Source: a virus (taxonomy: Duplodnaviria; Caudoviricetes). Taken from it: a stretch of DNA of 64,000 bases. Location of the stretch: positions 34,195 to 98,194 of the IMG/VR virus record IMGVR_UViG_3300008107_000028; one strand, given 5' to 3'. Under the pieces are notes generated by a model, which saw only the letters and a program-made list of their open reading frames with translations, searched no databases and had not been told where the DNA came from. Every line of letters begins with the position of its first letter. The stretch's first letter is position 1. Of the stretch, positions 47,857 to 58,320 are shown piece by piece. The translations under genes were made by a program, and so were the position numbers.

Positions 47857-49779
47857 TTATCTGGTTAATACATGATTCAATAGACTATCGATGTTTCCGT
47901 CGTATCCTTTAAATGTTGTTGTGTCATCGGCAAGTTGTTGATAATTTGGTACCTTTTCCATTAAAATTCTATTAGCTTCGGTTGTGTCAACTTTAGCTTC
48001 CTTAATTGCGATCATTAAATTTTCTTTTGTCATTTCAGGTGTCCCACCCTTTTCTAAATTTGTAAGAATGGCATATAATCCGGGTGATAAACCTTTTGAT
48101 AAACTTGTCATAATATCTTTACGATTAAATTTAAAATTTTTAAACATATAATCGTTCCATATTGTTCTTATAAATGGCCACGGGTTGTCAAGAAACTCAA
48201 CCTCTTCTCCGCCAAACCAAGCCTCATCGTCTACAAATGGTATGTCAATACTTGTCAATTTCCTGTCAAGTAAACCAAGCATTGATTCTAAAAAACCAAT
48301 TGCTAAAGGTGCATATATCAATGTTGACATAACTAATTCACCAAGTTGATATCCTCTGTATTTTGTAGATGATAGTAACCATCCAGGTTGTCCACCATAA
48401 AATTTATCATTTGCATCAATTTCTTTACTAAGTCTAAAAGTACCACTTCTTGCCCACATACCGAGTCTCATGAATCTATTTTTAATTCGTACAGAACTTT
48501 CCACCTCCTTGATATTTTCTGATCCTCTTCCTCTCCAAAATCTTATGAATGCATCTATTTTTGAAACCACTTTTGGGGGTAATAACATTTGTTTACCTGC
48601 ACCAGAGGCACTTTCATAAAATTTTATCCATTCCATGAATATATTTTCATCAAAATTTCCATCAGGATTTTCTAATTTTTTTAAGAATGGTGTCGGCATC
48701 ACATTTTTAGTTCCATCCCAAAATTCTTTTATTTGAGATCTATTAAATTCAGATATTTCTCTTGATAATTTATTTAGTTTATTTAATTTTTCTAAATCTA
48801 TATTATTACCCTTTTCAATATCATCAGATATCTCATCTATTATATTTCTGAATTGAATTTTAATTTCATCTAATTTAGTTTTTGAATTTCCAGCAATTTT
48901 TTTATACAAAGCTCCAACCGTACTACTTAGTAATAAATCATTTTTAAAGAAATATGTCATCAGAAGACTAAAAAAATTGTCATTAGAAACATCAATTTTG
49001 AAATTTCTCTCAATAAATCTCAACATTTCAGGATCCAAAGGCTGACTCAATGAATTTTTTTGAGCAAAAAACGCTTCATAATCACCGTTTTTTGCATGTT
49101 GTATCATCATATTTACATGTTTTTGATCTTCTGGATCTAACCTTTGTAAATAATTTCTGAAGGCATCATCTTGAATTTGACTATTTTTAGGATCTATAAA
49201 AATATCTCTTTTTGTTTTTGGAAGCTTTGTTTCTAAATAATTTAATATTACAGGATCAAAAAATCCACCTCTTTCGGCTTGTAATCTTGCAGTTTCAAAC
49301 GCCTCTTTTTCTCCTGCCTCAGCTAAAGCCTCTAAATCATCTAACGCTTTTCGAGTATTTGGTGCAAAAATATTTTTATATTGTTCTAAAACTGTTTCTC
49401 TTATGTCTTGATATTTTGATTCCTTAAATATTTTTAAAATAAAGTCTTTTGCAAATGCAATGTATTCATCATCAGATCCTTTTACTGCGGCACCCGTATT
49501 AACTTTTTTTGTGTCATCCACTAATTCATTAAACGTTCTAACACCCTTTTGTTCTAATTTATCAAAACTTGATTTTGTTCTTAAACCATTATACGCATCT
49601 TCAAATCTTGATTTAATACGAGTAAGTGCGGGTTCAGAAGAACTTAATAGTTTTTTTAATAAGACTCCACCCCACCCATAAGGGTTACCTGGTCCTGATT
49701 CTTTTAAAATTGATGTGCGTTCATTAATACCCATCAATTTTTTTTGTCTTTCTATTTCTAATAATAATTTATTTTTCAT
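47857..49779 (-). CDS. Large helical hypothetical protein, probable processed virion/ejection protein
   Basis: N-terminal 'LLLEIERQKKLMGINE..ILKE' propeptide-like segment; hydrophobic segment near residue 480-500. Confidence 0.55.
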   Translation of the reverse strand: MKNKLLLEIERQKKLMGINERTSILKESGPGNPYGWGGVLLKKLLSSSEPALTRIKSRFEDAYNGLRTKSSFDKLEQKGVRTFNELVDDTKKVNTGAAVKGSDDEYIAFAKDFILKIFKESKYQDIRETVLEQYKNIFAPNTRKALDDLEALAEAGEKEAFETARLQAERGGFFDPVILNYLETKLPKTKRDIFIDPKNSQIQDDAFRNYLQRLDPEDQKHVNMMIQHAKNGDYEAFFAQKNSLSQPLDPEMLRFIERNFKIDVSNDNFFSLLMTYFFKNDLLLSSTVGALYKKIAGNSKTKLDEIKIQFRNIIDEISDDIEKGNNIDLEKLNKLNKLSREISEFNRSQIKEFWDGTKNVMPTPFLKKLENPDGNFDENIFMEWIKFYESASGAGKQMLLPPKVVSKIDAFIRFWRGRGSENIKEVESSVRIKNRFMRLGMWARSGTFRLSKEIDANDKFYGGQPGWLLSSTKYRGYQLGELVMSTLIYAPLAIGFLESMLGLLDRKLTSIDIPFVDDEAWFGGEEVEFLDNPWPFIRTIWNDYMFKNFKFNRKDIMTSLSKGLSPGLYAILTNLEKGGTPEMTKENLMIAIKEAKVDTTEANRILMEKVPNYQQLADDTTTFKGYDGNIDSLLNHVLTR

Positions 49780-49797
49780 AATACTACATATAAATAT

Positions 49798-52110
49798 TTA
49801 ATTCTTCTCGTTTGGAGATTTAACCGGTTCGGTATTATTTTTTATGGATTCTTGTTCTCTTTTTTTTCTCATAATATCAACTATACTCACGTTTTCATAT
49901 TTTTTCAAATTAATATAGAAATCCTCTGGTAAACCAAGTGTTTTTGCGTGTTCTATCAAGTCTTGATTATTCATTTCTTTTGCTATTAATATTTGTTTTA
50001 CTGTTTCAGACTTTAAATCTTCAACATTTTTAATATTTTTAACCTTTTCTGGTTTTGATAGTTCATTTGTAATATGTATAACTTGCGGTACCGTTAAATT
50101 TTTTAACTCTTCCTTTAAGAAATTTTTTATTTCGGTCATTTCAATAGGTGTAAAGGTGATACCCATATTTGGAAACAAATTGGCAAACGCATCTATAAAG
50201 TTAACCAATGTTGGAGGACCCCCTTCAAATGCAAAAACCTTAAATATTGGTTTTGCCCATATTCTAAATGGTGCCTTTGCAACTTCAACACCTGATTTTT
50301 TAAACCCTTCTGCGGCAATTTTTAATAAAATATCATGATTGGCTTTGATACCTTCTTTAGATAATGACATTGCATTTCTAAAAACATATCTTTGTGTGTC
50401 AGACATTGATGCAACGGCTTTTCTCATACTTTCAGCATCCCCAAAATCTACAGTATTTAATAATTTTAATAGTCCTTCGGATTCTTTAACTGAAATTTTC
50501 CCAACATTTTTTGCGTATGAAACAAATGGTATTACAGTACACATTAATGAAATAAGTGCACCGATTTTATCATTTCTACTCATTTGGTATGTTCCTACTG
50601 TAGAGTTGAAAAGTGCGTCTGCAACATATGGTGTCATAGCTCTAACGGTACCACTTCTTAAAAGTTGTATACCGACAATTCTTGCTGCCCCAATTGCTGC
50701 ACCCTCTATGAATCCTGCAATACCACCACTGGCAACAACTATTGCAACGTTACCGATGATTTGTGCAATTGTGCCGTATTTGTCCCACCACTCATCGAAA
50801 GCTTGACCAAACATTCCAACATCTTTATACCAGTCATCTTTTCCAAAAATAAAATTTATGTTTTTTATTGTTTCATTTTTATTTTTTAGTAATTCAAGTT
50901 GTTTTGGGTCTTCTAAAACATATGTTGATTTTATTATTTTTGTATTATCTATTTTTGGTGCGTTTGGATTTGGTTCTACAACTTTATTTTCAGGATAATT
51001 ACCAAAAATATTTTTATATTCTTCCCTATATTGATTCTCAGCTTCTTTTATTCTTTCATCATATAATTTTTTCTCTTCTGGTGTGATACCGTAACTGAAT
51101 AATGGTGACCAATATTCATTTTTTAAATCTATTAATTTTTCTTTAATAAAATCGACTTCTTTAATTTCAGTATCGGTCAATTTTCCATGAGAAAGTACTT
51201 TTTTTGTAAGAACTTTTAAACGATTTTCTAATGGACTTTTTTTAGAAAGATATTCAGGATATTTTTTCGGATCAAATCCTTTCGGAACAGATTCACCCGT
51301 ACTTGTTTTTCTTTCAAAATATCTTGTTTCCTCATCTTTTGTAATCCCTCTATTTGATTGTAACCACATATCATCCTCAAATTCAAATTTTTGATTTAAA
51401 TCTCTTTGATATCCTTCCATGTATCCATCAACTAAACTATCATAACTCCAAATTATAAAATCTCCAAATCTATTTTTTGATTGTATTTTTTTACTTCTTT
51501 CGGGAGTCATTATAGTTCCACTCGGATTATTCTTTTTCAAATATTCGTATGATGGTGTTGGAGGGGTAGGTCTTTTTTTTCCTAAATAAGTTTCTTTTTT
51601 GTTTGCATTGAAAATCTTAGGACCTAATCTTGGTTGACTCCAATAGTAACGATCCATATCCTGATATGAAATTGTTTTTGGTGGATTTTTAGGATCTTTT
51701 ATCAACGAATTTGATAATGAACTAACATCAACCGAACCTTTAGGTTTTCCATTGGAAAGCGGTCCTCCTTGGTCATATTCGTAACCAACTATTTTACCGT
51801 TTTCAAATTTTGGTGAATAAAATGGTGCTATTTGTTCCGATAATATGGATTCTTTTAACTGGTTTGCTTTACTACGTTTTAAAGTTGAACCAACAACATC
51901 CGACCATTTTGTGACCTTTATTTGGTTCGCAGGTCCTCTTGTGACACCACTCTCCCATTTCCCAACTTCAGGGTAACCAGTACCTCCAGATTGAGTTTGT
52001 GATGTACCAGGATTAGGTTCTGAGTTCGTATCTCCACCTTGTTCATCTATTTCCTTTTTTACAAGTTCGGTAATTAACTCATACTGTCTCTTATTAAGAC
52101 CTATCTTCAT
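49798..52110 (-). CDS. Large hypothetical protein, probable processed virion/ejection protein
   Basis: LITE/IDE/ILSE motifs; Gly/Ala-rich hydrophobic hairpin. Confidence 0.55.
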   Translation of the reverse strand: MKIGLNKRQYELITELVKKEIDEQGGDTNSEPNPGTSQTQSGGTGYPEVGKWESGVTRGPANQIKVTKWSDVVGSTLKRSKANQLKESILSEQIAPFYSPKFENGKIVGYEYDQGGPLSNGKPKGSVDVSSLSNSLIKDPKNPPKTISYQDMDRYYWSQPRLGPKIFNANKKETYLGKKRPTPPTPSYEYLKKNNPSGTIMTPERSKKIQSKNRFGDFIIWSYDSLVDGYMEGYQRDLNQKFEFEDDMWLQSNRGITKDEETRYFERKTSTGESVPKGFDPKKYPEYLSKKSPLENRLKVLTKKVLSHGKLTDTEIKEVDFIKEKLIDLKNEYWSPLFSYGITPEEKKLYDERIKEAENQYREEYKNIFGNYPENKVVEPNPNAPKIDNTKIIKSTYVLEDPKQLELLKNKNETIKNINFIFGKDDWYKDVGMFGQAFDEWWDKYGTIAQIIGNVAIVVASGGIAGFIEGAAIGAARIVGIQLLRSGTVRAMTPYVADALFNSTVGTYQMSRNDKIGALISLMCTVIPFVSYAKNVGKISVKESEGLLKLLNTVDFGDAESMRKAVASMSDTQRYVFRNAMSLSKEGIKANHDILLKIAAEGFKKSGVEVAKAPFRIWAKPIFKVFAFEGGPPTLVNFIDAFANLFPNMGITFTPIEMTEIKNFLKEELKNLTVPQVIHITNELSKPEKVKNIKNVEDLKSETVKQILIAKEMNNQDLIEHAKTLGLPEDFYINLKKYENVSIVDIMRKKREQESIKNNTEPVKSPNEKN

Positions 52111-52177
52111 AAATAATAAATATAAATTTTTTCCTTATTTTTTGGTATAGTACGGGAAAAAAATTGTCATTTATAAC

Positions 52178-52546
52178 TTATTCATCGTAAATTGTGGAAT
52201 CAACCTTTGCAAACATCTTGATGAATTGTCCCGCTTTGGCGTTTGCTTCATCTTCAATCTCACCACCAATGTCAGGTGGTTGTACTTTTAATCTACCCTG
52301 TTCAAATTGTTTATGGTGTACCATTTCATGTGCAATACTTCTCATAACATCAACTAATGCACGGTTTTTAGCACAAACTTTGATAATTTTATTTTCTTTA
52401 GTGTAATCATAATTAGCGGTGGTTTTGAGACCATTCCTATTATTTTGTATTGAAACTGTTGGGCAGTCTTTGAGATCAAGCTCCTTTTTTACAAATTTTA
52501 CAAAATCCTCTAATTTCTGTTTTTTATCTTTATCTAAGAATCCCAT
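52178..52546 (-). CDS. Zincin-like metalloprotease domain protein
   Basis: 'IAHEMVHHKQ...IEDEAN'. Confidence 0.7.
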   Translation of the reverse strand: MGFLDKDKKQKLEDFVKFVKKELDLKDCPTVSIQNNRNGLKTTANYDYTKENKIIKVCAKNRALVDVMRSIAHEMVHHKQFEQGRLKVQPPDIGGEIEDEANAKAGQFIKMFAKVDSTIYDE

Positions 52547-52551
52547 ATAAA

Positions 52552-52791
52552 CTATAAATATATCTGACCAGGTAAGTCGTTATCTTTAAAGAATTCAATT
52601 AAAATTTCAACAACATCAGATTCCTCCAAAAATTCGATATCATTTTTTGTTATAATATTTGGTGAATATAGAATCACATCATTATAGTCTAATTCCACAG
52701 TCCTATAAAAAATGTCTTCATCTTCATTTATAGAAAATTCTACATATAAAAACCCATTAATACCGTCGTATTCTTGCCTTAGTATATTCAT
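52552..52791 (-). CDS. Small acidic hypothetical protein
   Basis: 79-aa ORF. Confidence 0.55.
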   Translation of the reverse strand: MNILRQEYDGINGFLYVEFSINEDEDIFYRTVELDYNDVILYSPNIITKNDIEFLEESDVVEILIEFFKDNDLPGQIYL

Positions 52792-52877
52792 TTATAAACA
52801 CTCATAATTATGTTAAAAATTGACAAAATCTATGATTTATATGTAAAATTTGTTATATTTTTTATATAATTAATGAT

Positions 52878-53204
52878 ATGATGGATTGGTATGTTATAGA
52901 TTATTTGTATCCTAATGCATTAAAAAAATTCATAGATACTATGTTTCCAAACATAGGTATGCCAAGTATTTCAACATTAGAATTTTATGACATTAAAAGG
53001 TTATATAATTTTTTTGATAAGAATGGTGTATATCTCTATGTAGAAATGTATAGTAAAGATCAATGGGTGTTTACAATATCATTAAATAACGGGGTTGTTT
53101 TTGGACCAACACAAAATTCAAAAAAAACAAGAGAAGATGCGGAATGTGACGGATTTTCTGAATGTTTTAAACTGATGGAAAAAATTATACTTGATAAAAT
53201 ATGA
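52878..53204 (+). CDS. Hypothetical protein
   Basis: 108-aa ORF. Confidence 0.6.
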   Translation: MMDWYVIDYLYPNALKKFIDTMFPNIGMPSISTLEFYDIKRLYNFFDKNGVYLYVEMYSKDQWVFTISLNNGVVFGPTQNSKKTREDAECDGFSECFKLMEKIILDKI

Positions 53205-53515
53205 GCAGTATTTATTTTATGAGCATGTCTGTAAATTTTTTAATTCAATCGATAAGAGTTCTACATATTGGAAATTTTGATGAAGAGGAATTGAAAATGG
53301 TTTATAACTATTTTATTTCGGTAGATGAAGAAATCTTAAAAGAATATAACAATACGTGTACAATAATTTCATATGAAAACGATTTAGAACTATACATTGA
53401 AATTTTGAACAAATTGATTGAAATATTTGAGGAAAGGGAAGAATATGAAAAATGCAATTTATTAAAACAAAAAAAAGATTTATCTTTAGATATAATGAAA
53501 ATTAAAAATATATAA
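53201..53515 (+). CDS. Hypothetical protein with a UVR-like motif
   Basis: 'FEEREEYEKCNLLK'. Confidence 0.55.
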   Translation: MSSIYFMSMSVNFLIQSIRVLHIGNFDEEELKMVYNYFISVDEEILKEYNNTCTIISYENDLELYIEILNKLIEIFEEREEYEKCNLLKQKKDLSLDIMKIKNI

Positions 53516-53516
53516 T

Positions 53517-53663
53517 ATGTCACTTTTAAAATTATCAGAAGAAGAAAAGAAGAAAATTCTTGAAAAACACAAAAAAGCAACTAAAGCTCAGAGTGATAAA
53601 AAAGAAGAATTAAAAAAAGGATTACAACAACCTAAAAAACAAGAAAATAAAAAAACCTCCTAA
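53517..53663 (+). CDS. Small basic protein (48 aa, missing from the ORF track)
   Basis: Translated by hand: MSLLKLSEEEKKKILEKHKKATKAQSDKKEELKKGLQQPKKQENKKTS*. Confidence 0.55.
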   Translation: MSLLKLSEEEKKKILEKHKKATKAQSDKKEELKKGLQQPKKQENKKTS

Positions 53664-53908
53664 TCGGAGGTTTCTTCTTTATTTAAGTATTTCGTAAGAA
53701 ATATATACGATAACCAAAAACAACCTGAAATTGAGTAGAAAATCATATCTGCAACCCAATATGAACCACTCAAATCCATTATTAATTTGAAAAGTGCGTC
53801 GTATCCAAATGGGAGAAAGAACATTGCTAATAAAAGAGAGGTATCTTTGTAAAATGTTAATCTCTTTTTTTTGTTTTTTAGTTTTTTTAGTTTGTTCATC
53901 ACCATCAC
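53660..53908 (-). CDS. Small 2-TM membrane protein
   Basis: Basic N-terminus, two hydrophobic helices. Confidence 0.6.
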   Translation of the reverse strand: MMVMNKLKKLKNKKKRLTFYKDTSLLLAMFFLPFGYDALFKLIMDLSGSYWVADMIFYSISGCFWLSYIFLTKYLNKEETSD

Positions 53909-53951
53909 CGTCCATGTTGTTTGTAGTTTTATCTGTTATGTGGCGTTTAAA

Positions 53952-55055
53952 TTATAAATACCCAAAGTTCTTAATTTCTTCTTTAACTCTTTTTAATGCA
54001 GACCCAATAACTTGATGCATATCATAATATTTGTAATCAGCTAATCTACCACCAAAAATATATTTAGTTTCATTCGACATTAATTTTTTATAATCGTTAT
54101 ATCGATTATTATTAATTGTATCGTTTACCGGATAATACTGTTCTCCACTATTCTTAGGATATTCTTTTGTTATTATGGTTGTTGGTTGATTACCAAATTC
54201 AAAATGTTTATGTTCTATGATTCTTGTATATTCAATATCAACATCACCATAATTCATACCAGCAATACCTTGGTAATCTGACATATCCAATCTTTCTGTT
54301 TCAAAATGTAAACTACGATATTCTAATTTGCCGAATGTGTAATTGTAAAATTGATCTATTGGTCCTGTATATAAAACTTTATGTGATATACTATCAAAGT
54401 ATTCTTTATTTTCAAAATAATTTACACCTAATTTAACCTCAACCCCTTTTAATAAATTTTCAAATATTTTGGTATACCCACCAATAGGAATCCCTTGATG
54501 AGTATCAAAATAATAATTGTCATCATATGTTAATCTTATTGGTAATCTTTTTATTATACTTGATGGTAATTCTTTAGGTTCTCTACCCCATTGTTTTGTT
54601 GTATAACCTTTTACAAATATTTCATAAAGTTCGGGTCCAACTTGAGATAATACCCATTCTTCTAAATTTCTTGGGTTTTCATTTTTAATTCTAACCTCAT
54701 TAAGTTTTTTATTTGCGTCTTTTGGTGTTTTGACTCCATATACTTGATATAAAGACATCATGTTAATGGGCAATGAGTAAATCTTGTCTTTATATTTGAT
54801 TTTAGGTCTATAACTAAAATGATTAAATGGAACAATATTATTCACATAATCCCAAATACGTTTATCCGATGTATGGAAAATATGTGGACCATATTTGTGA
54901 ACATTAATATCATCTATATTTTCTGTGTAACAGTTACCACCTATGTGGTTTCTTTTATCAATTACTAAAACTTTTTTTCCTATTTTGTTTAGTTCATTTG
55001 CAAATATTGATCCATATATTCCTGAACCAACAATTAAATAATCATAAAGAATCAC
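53952..55055 (-). CDS. glf: UDP-galactopyranose mutase
   Basis: 'DYLIVGSG..G', 'HIGGNCY', 'HKYGPHIFHT', 'YTTKQWG', 'GRLADYKYYDMHQ'. Confidence 0.96.
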   Translation of the reverse strand: MILYDYLIVGSGIYGSIFANELNKIGKKVLVIDKRNHIGGNCYTENIDDINVHKYGPHIFHTSDKRIWDYVNNIVPFNHFSYRPKIKYKDKIYSLPINMMSLYQVYGVKTPKDANKKLNEVRIKNENPRNLEEWVLSQVGPELYEIFVKGYTTKQWGREPKELPSSIIKRLPIRLTYDDNYYFDTHQGIPIGGYTKIFENLLKGVEVKLGVNYFENKEYFDSISHKVLYTGPIDQFYNYTFGKLEYRSLHFETERLDMSDYQGIAGMNYGDVDIEYTRIIEHKHFEFGNQPTTIITKEYPKNSGEQYYPVNDTINNNRYNDYKKLMSNETKYIFGGRLADYKYYDMHQVIGSALKRVKEEIKNFGYL

Positions 55056-55864
55056 ACTATTTTATTTTTTGCAATCCCCAACTCATCATCTTTATAGTTG
55101 TAAAAATGTTTATATAAATGTATGAATGCAACATCTTCCTGTTCATTCATAGGAACAGACCACCCAGTCTTATCAAAAAAATTACCAAGATTTTTTGTAT
55201 TATACTGACTCCAATCACTCCACCTTCCACAACTAAATCCTGCGTACTGCATAACAAATGATAAACTTGCATCAGACCATTCACAAGGTCTCGTATCCAT
55301 TTTATAAATTAAATCCCAATCTATTTCATTTAATTTATTATAGGCAATTATAAATTTTTCTCTATTGAAAATTGTTCCACCGCAAGCCTGATAACTTTCT
55401 AATGTACCTTCTGGACTCCAATGACCTCTTGTTTGTGATGTTTCACCAAAACGATTTAAAAGATGTTCCCTTAATTCTTTTGTGTACAATGGACCATTTG
55501 CACCCGATAAATCAAATTCAGGAAATTTTGTGATTTCTTTTTTACACCATACATCATCTTCATAATGTAATACCCAATCGACATCTTTTAACGTTGTGAC
55601 ACATGATTCATATATTCTATCTAACCATGCCAAATTTGATTTTAAGTCTTTAACAGGTCTACCTGAATGAGTTGAGTTTATACCCTGTACTGTTGTTTTT
55701 TTATAGTCACAATTAAATTCTTTTGCAACAATTTCCAATATATCACTACCATCTTCATATAATGCAACTGGTATATTTGGATAAATTTTTCTTAATTGTT
55801 GTAACGCCATGTAACAAGCAACTAATTTATAACCCGATTGGTAAAATGCACCTATTTTAATCAT
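55052..55864 (-). CDS. Putative glycosyltransferase (GT-A like)
   Basis: 'WVLHYEDDV', 'CGGTIFN', 'SDA.LS'; lies in a glycosylation operon. Confidence 0.6.
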   Translation of the reverse strand: MIKIGAFYQSGYKLVACYMALQQLRKIYPNIPVALYEDGSDILEIVAKEFNCDYKKTTVQGINSTHSGRPVKDLKSNLAWLDRIYESCVTTLKDVDWVLHYEDDVWCKKEITKFPEFDLSGANGPLYTKELREHLLNRFGETSQTRGHWSPEGTLESYQACGGTIFNREKFIIAYNKLNEIDWDLIYKMDTRPCEWSDASLSFVMQYAGFSCGRWSDWSQYNTKNLGNFFDKTGWSVPMNEQEDVAFIHLYKHFYNYKDDELGIAKNKIV

Positions 55865-57063
55865 AACATTGTATCTTTTCTATTAAACCACTCCCCATTT
55901 AAATCAACTGGCCAATAAACTATTTTATATGGTTTATCAAATGATTTAAATGTGATGTTTATTTCTTCTTTATATTCTTTAAGGTCTTCTCTATAAATAA
56001 CGTTACCTTTAATATCCTCTACACCAATATAAATAAATTTAAAATCTTTTGTTTCGGGTATTTTATATGTTAAGTTAAATTCTTCCTCCACTAATTTATA
56101 CCAATCACTTTCGTCATTTATTGGTGGATTAATACCTTTTAATGTATCAGGATGTAATCTTCTATTTTTAAAATTTATACCCGCATACAATTCATAATCT
56201 CTATGTGTTCTAACATTCCCTAATCCGTAGATAGTTAAATCAATATTATTATCTTCTTCTTGTAACATGTGACGAAGTCTTCTTTTACTATCATTGTCCA
56301 TTTCCCACCAAACTTTTTCAACTGTACCCTTATTTACATTTTCAGGATTAAAATCAGTCCAATGTTTTGTTCTACCTTCTCTTGTATATTCGTGCCAAAC
56401 AATAGTTTTATGAGGGTGAAATAAATCATATCCAAGTGTATATGATCTTATTGATAAACTTATTTCATCTCCGGCAAAGTAAATGTTTGGATCATATTTG
56501 TATTCTTCACAATGAATCCCATATGTAAAAAAGAAGTGACCACTGACGAATCTTGCGGGTATGGGTTTTGTTAAAGATTCCCAATTTGGTATCGAATGAG
56601 GTCTGAAAAGAATTGTACCACTTGGTGTAAAATTGGATGCAACCATTTTATACGGTTCCACATTTAACAAGGTATTATCTGATGGTCTGTACATGCCGGC
56701 ATATGTTGTTATTATTGGCTTTTCAGATCCTGTTAACCTCATCATTTCAATTAATTCTTCATCCCAATTTTGTAGAAACCTATGATGTGAATCTAATTGT
56801 AAGGTATACTTTTCCCCTTTCCATAATTTTTGTATTTCACTACGAGCCCAACAAAGACCTTTACTTTCGTTCCAAGGATAATCTAAAATTGTGAATCTCG
56901 GATCCTCGTGAAATTCACTCATTGTTTCTGTCTCATCTCTTTGCCAACACACACCAAAAGTTAGGTTTTCAGGGTTTTTTGCTTTTTGTATACAATCTCT
57001 GATTGTGGGTAATAATTCAGGATCCCTATACGATGCAATTTGTACAAATATTTTTTCACTCAT
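55861..57063 (-). CDS. GT60-like N-acetylglucosaminyltransferase (Skp1-hydroxyproline GlcNAc-transferase family)
   Basis: 'IFVQIASYRDPEL..TI', 'G.CWAR', 'LQLDSHHRF..WD', 'YDP.IYF.GDEISLSIR.YT.GYDLFHP'. Confidence 0.85.
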   Translation of the reverse strand: MSEKIFVQIASYRDPELLPTIRDCIQKAKNPENLTFGVCWQRDETETMSEFHEDPRFTILDYPWNESKGLCWARSEIQKLWKGEKYTLQLDSHHRFLQNWDEELIEMMRLTGSEKPIITTYAGMYRPSDNTLLNVEPYKMVASNFTPSGTILFRPHSIPNWESLTKPIPARFVSGHFFFTYGIHCEEYKYDPNIYFAGDEISLSIRSYTLGYDLFHPHKTIVWHEYTREGRTKHWTDFNPENVNKGTVEKVWWEMDNDSKRRLRHMLQEEDNNIDLTIYGLGNVRTHRDYELYAGINFKNRRLHPDTLKGINPPINDESDWYKLVEEEFNLTYKIPETKDFKFIYIGVEDIKGNVIYREDLKEYKEEINITFKSFDKPYKIVYWPVDLNGEWFNRKDTML

Positions 57064-57151
57064 ATTAAAATTATACATTTTTTTTACAAAAAAATAAACA
57101 CATACATTTTGTTTTTCAAAATTTTAAGTTTATTTTTTATAAAATACTAAT

Positions 57152-57583
57152 ATGTCAAAAATATATCAACAAATTGTTTTAGATGAGTGTGAAACCATAA
57201 TAATTACATTAACTGAAATGGATTTTTTTAAAGATTATGAGATTGTGGATCTAACATTTGTTAGAAAACATTTATGTGATATTTTAACACAAAAATATAT
57301 AGATGGGTTACTAAATGAAGATGATATTTCAATATTCACTGAAGATGAATTTGAAAAATTACTCAGAGAACTTGCAGCCGGATCAGTTTTGTTTGAATTG
57401 AAAAAAAAGGGGTTTATCGATTCTTATGAAGATGACAATACCGAGGAAATTTTCTTTTTATCTGAAAAGGGTAAGGTATATTTGCAAGAATTGAAAGAAA
57501 ATCCGTCAAATTCCGATAAAGAATTGAAAAATATGTTCCATTTGTTGTTTGGAGATGATAATCAATCTAATTCAAACGTTTGA
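57152..57583 (+). CDS. Hypothetical protein with a winged-helix-like C-terminus
   Basis: 'LFELKKKGFI.......FFLSEKGK'. Confidence 0.55.
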   Translation: MSKIYQQIVLDECETIIITLTEMDFFKDYEIVDLTFVRKHLCDILTQKYIDGLLNEDDISIFTEDEFEKLLRELAAGSVLFELKKKGFIDSYEDDNTEEIFFLSEKGKVYLQELKENPSNSDKELKNMFHLLFGDDNQSNSNV

Positions 57584-58320
57584 TTGAATTTTTTACCTGA
57601 TTTTTTATAACTTTCATTAGTTTCATCTTTTGGATTGTCTGTATATTGCCAATTCCAAGATAATTCGTCTTTAACATCAAACCCAAAAAAAGATAATACC
57701 TGTTTTTGGGTGTCAATTACCTCTTTACCTCTCCAATTTTGACCTGTAGCAACGATACCACAAGATATATCCTTCAAAATATTTGATTCCCCAAGAGTTG
57801 TGTGTCTATTTTCCAACCACGTTAATCTTTCTATAAGATTTTGGTACTGAGCATTCATTTGACCCCATCTTATTGAACCAAAAAATATAACCGCATCAGA
57901 TTCAAATAGTTCTTTTGTTATTTTCCATAACTCATCGTCTGGATTGTTAATACTTCTCCAACATCTATGATTTCCAGTTGGGTTTTTATCCTTATCTTTT
58001 AATTTCGACTTTTTAACGCCGCATGAGTTACCTTCAAAGTGTGAAACATTACCTTCACAATGATGAATTTGTAGTTTTATTGTTTCAAATAGGACACATT
58101 TTGATTTTCCAAGATATGATTGTATTGCTTTAGCTAATTTAGTGGATTTAGGCTCTTCTTTTAGTTCTTTCATTGCCCACTCACCTCGATTAGAGGTTGT
58201 TATAAACAACACCCTTTTTTTACCCTCAAGAAATTTAACAGTTTTAACAAGTTTTTTATAACTCGAATCATCTTTTTTTAGGTTTGGATCGATTTCTTCT
58301 AAGAGTTTTAATAATTCCAT
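57562..58320 (-). CDS. Flavodoxin-like/NADPH-dependent FMN reductase family protein
   Basis: 'TTSNR', 'IHHCEG', 'SDAVIFFGSIRWG...Q.LIERL'. Confidence 0.75.
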   Translation of the reverse strand: MELLKLLEEIDPNLKKDDSSYKKLVKTVKFLEGKKRVLFITTSNRGEWAMKELKEEPKSTKLAKAIQSYLGKSKCVLFETIKLQIHHCEGNVSHFEGNSCGVKKSKLKDKDKNPTGNHRCWRSINNPDDELWKITKELFESDAVIFFGSIRWGQMNAQYQNLIERLTWLENRHTTLGESNILKDISCGIVATGQNWRGKEVIDTQKQVLSFFGFDVKDELSWNWQYTDNPKDETNESYKKSGKKFNQTFELD

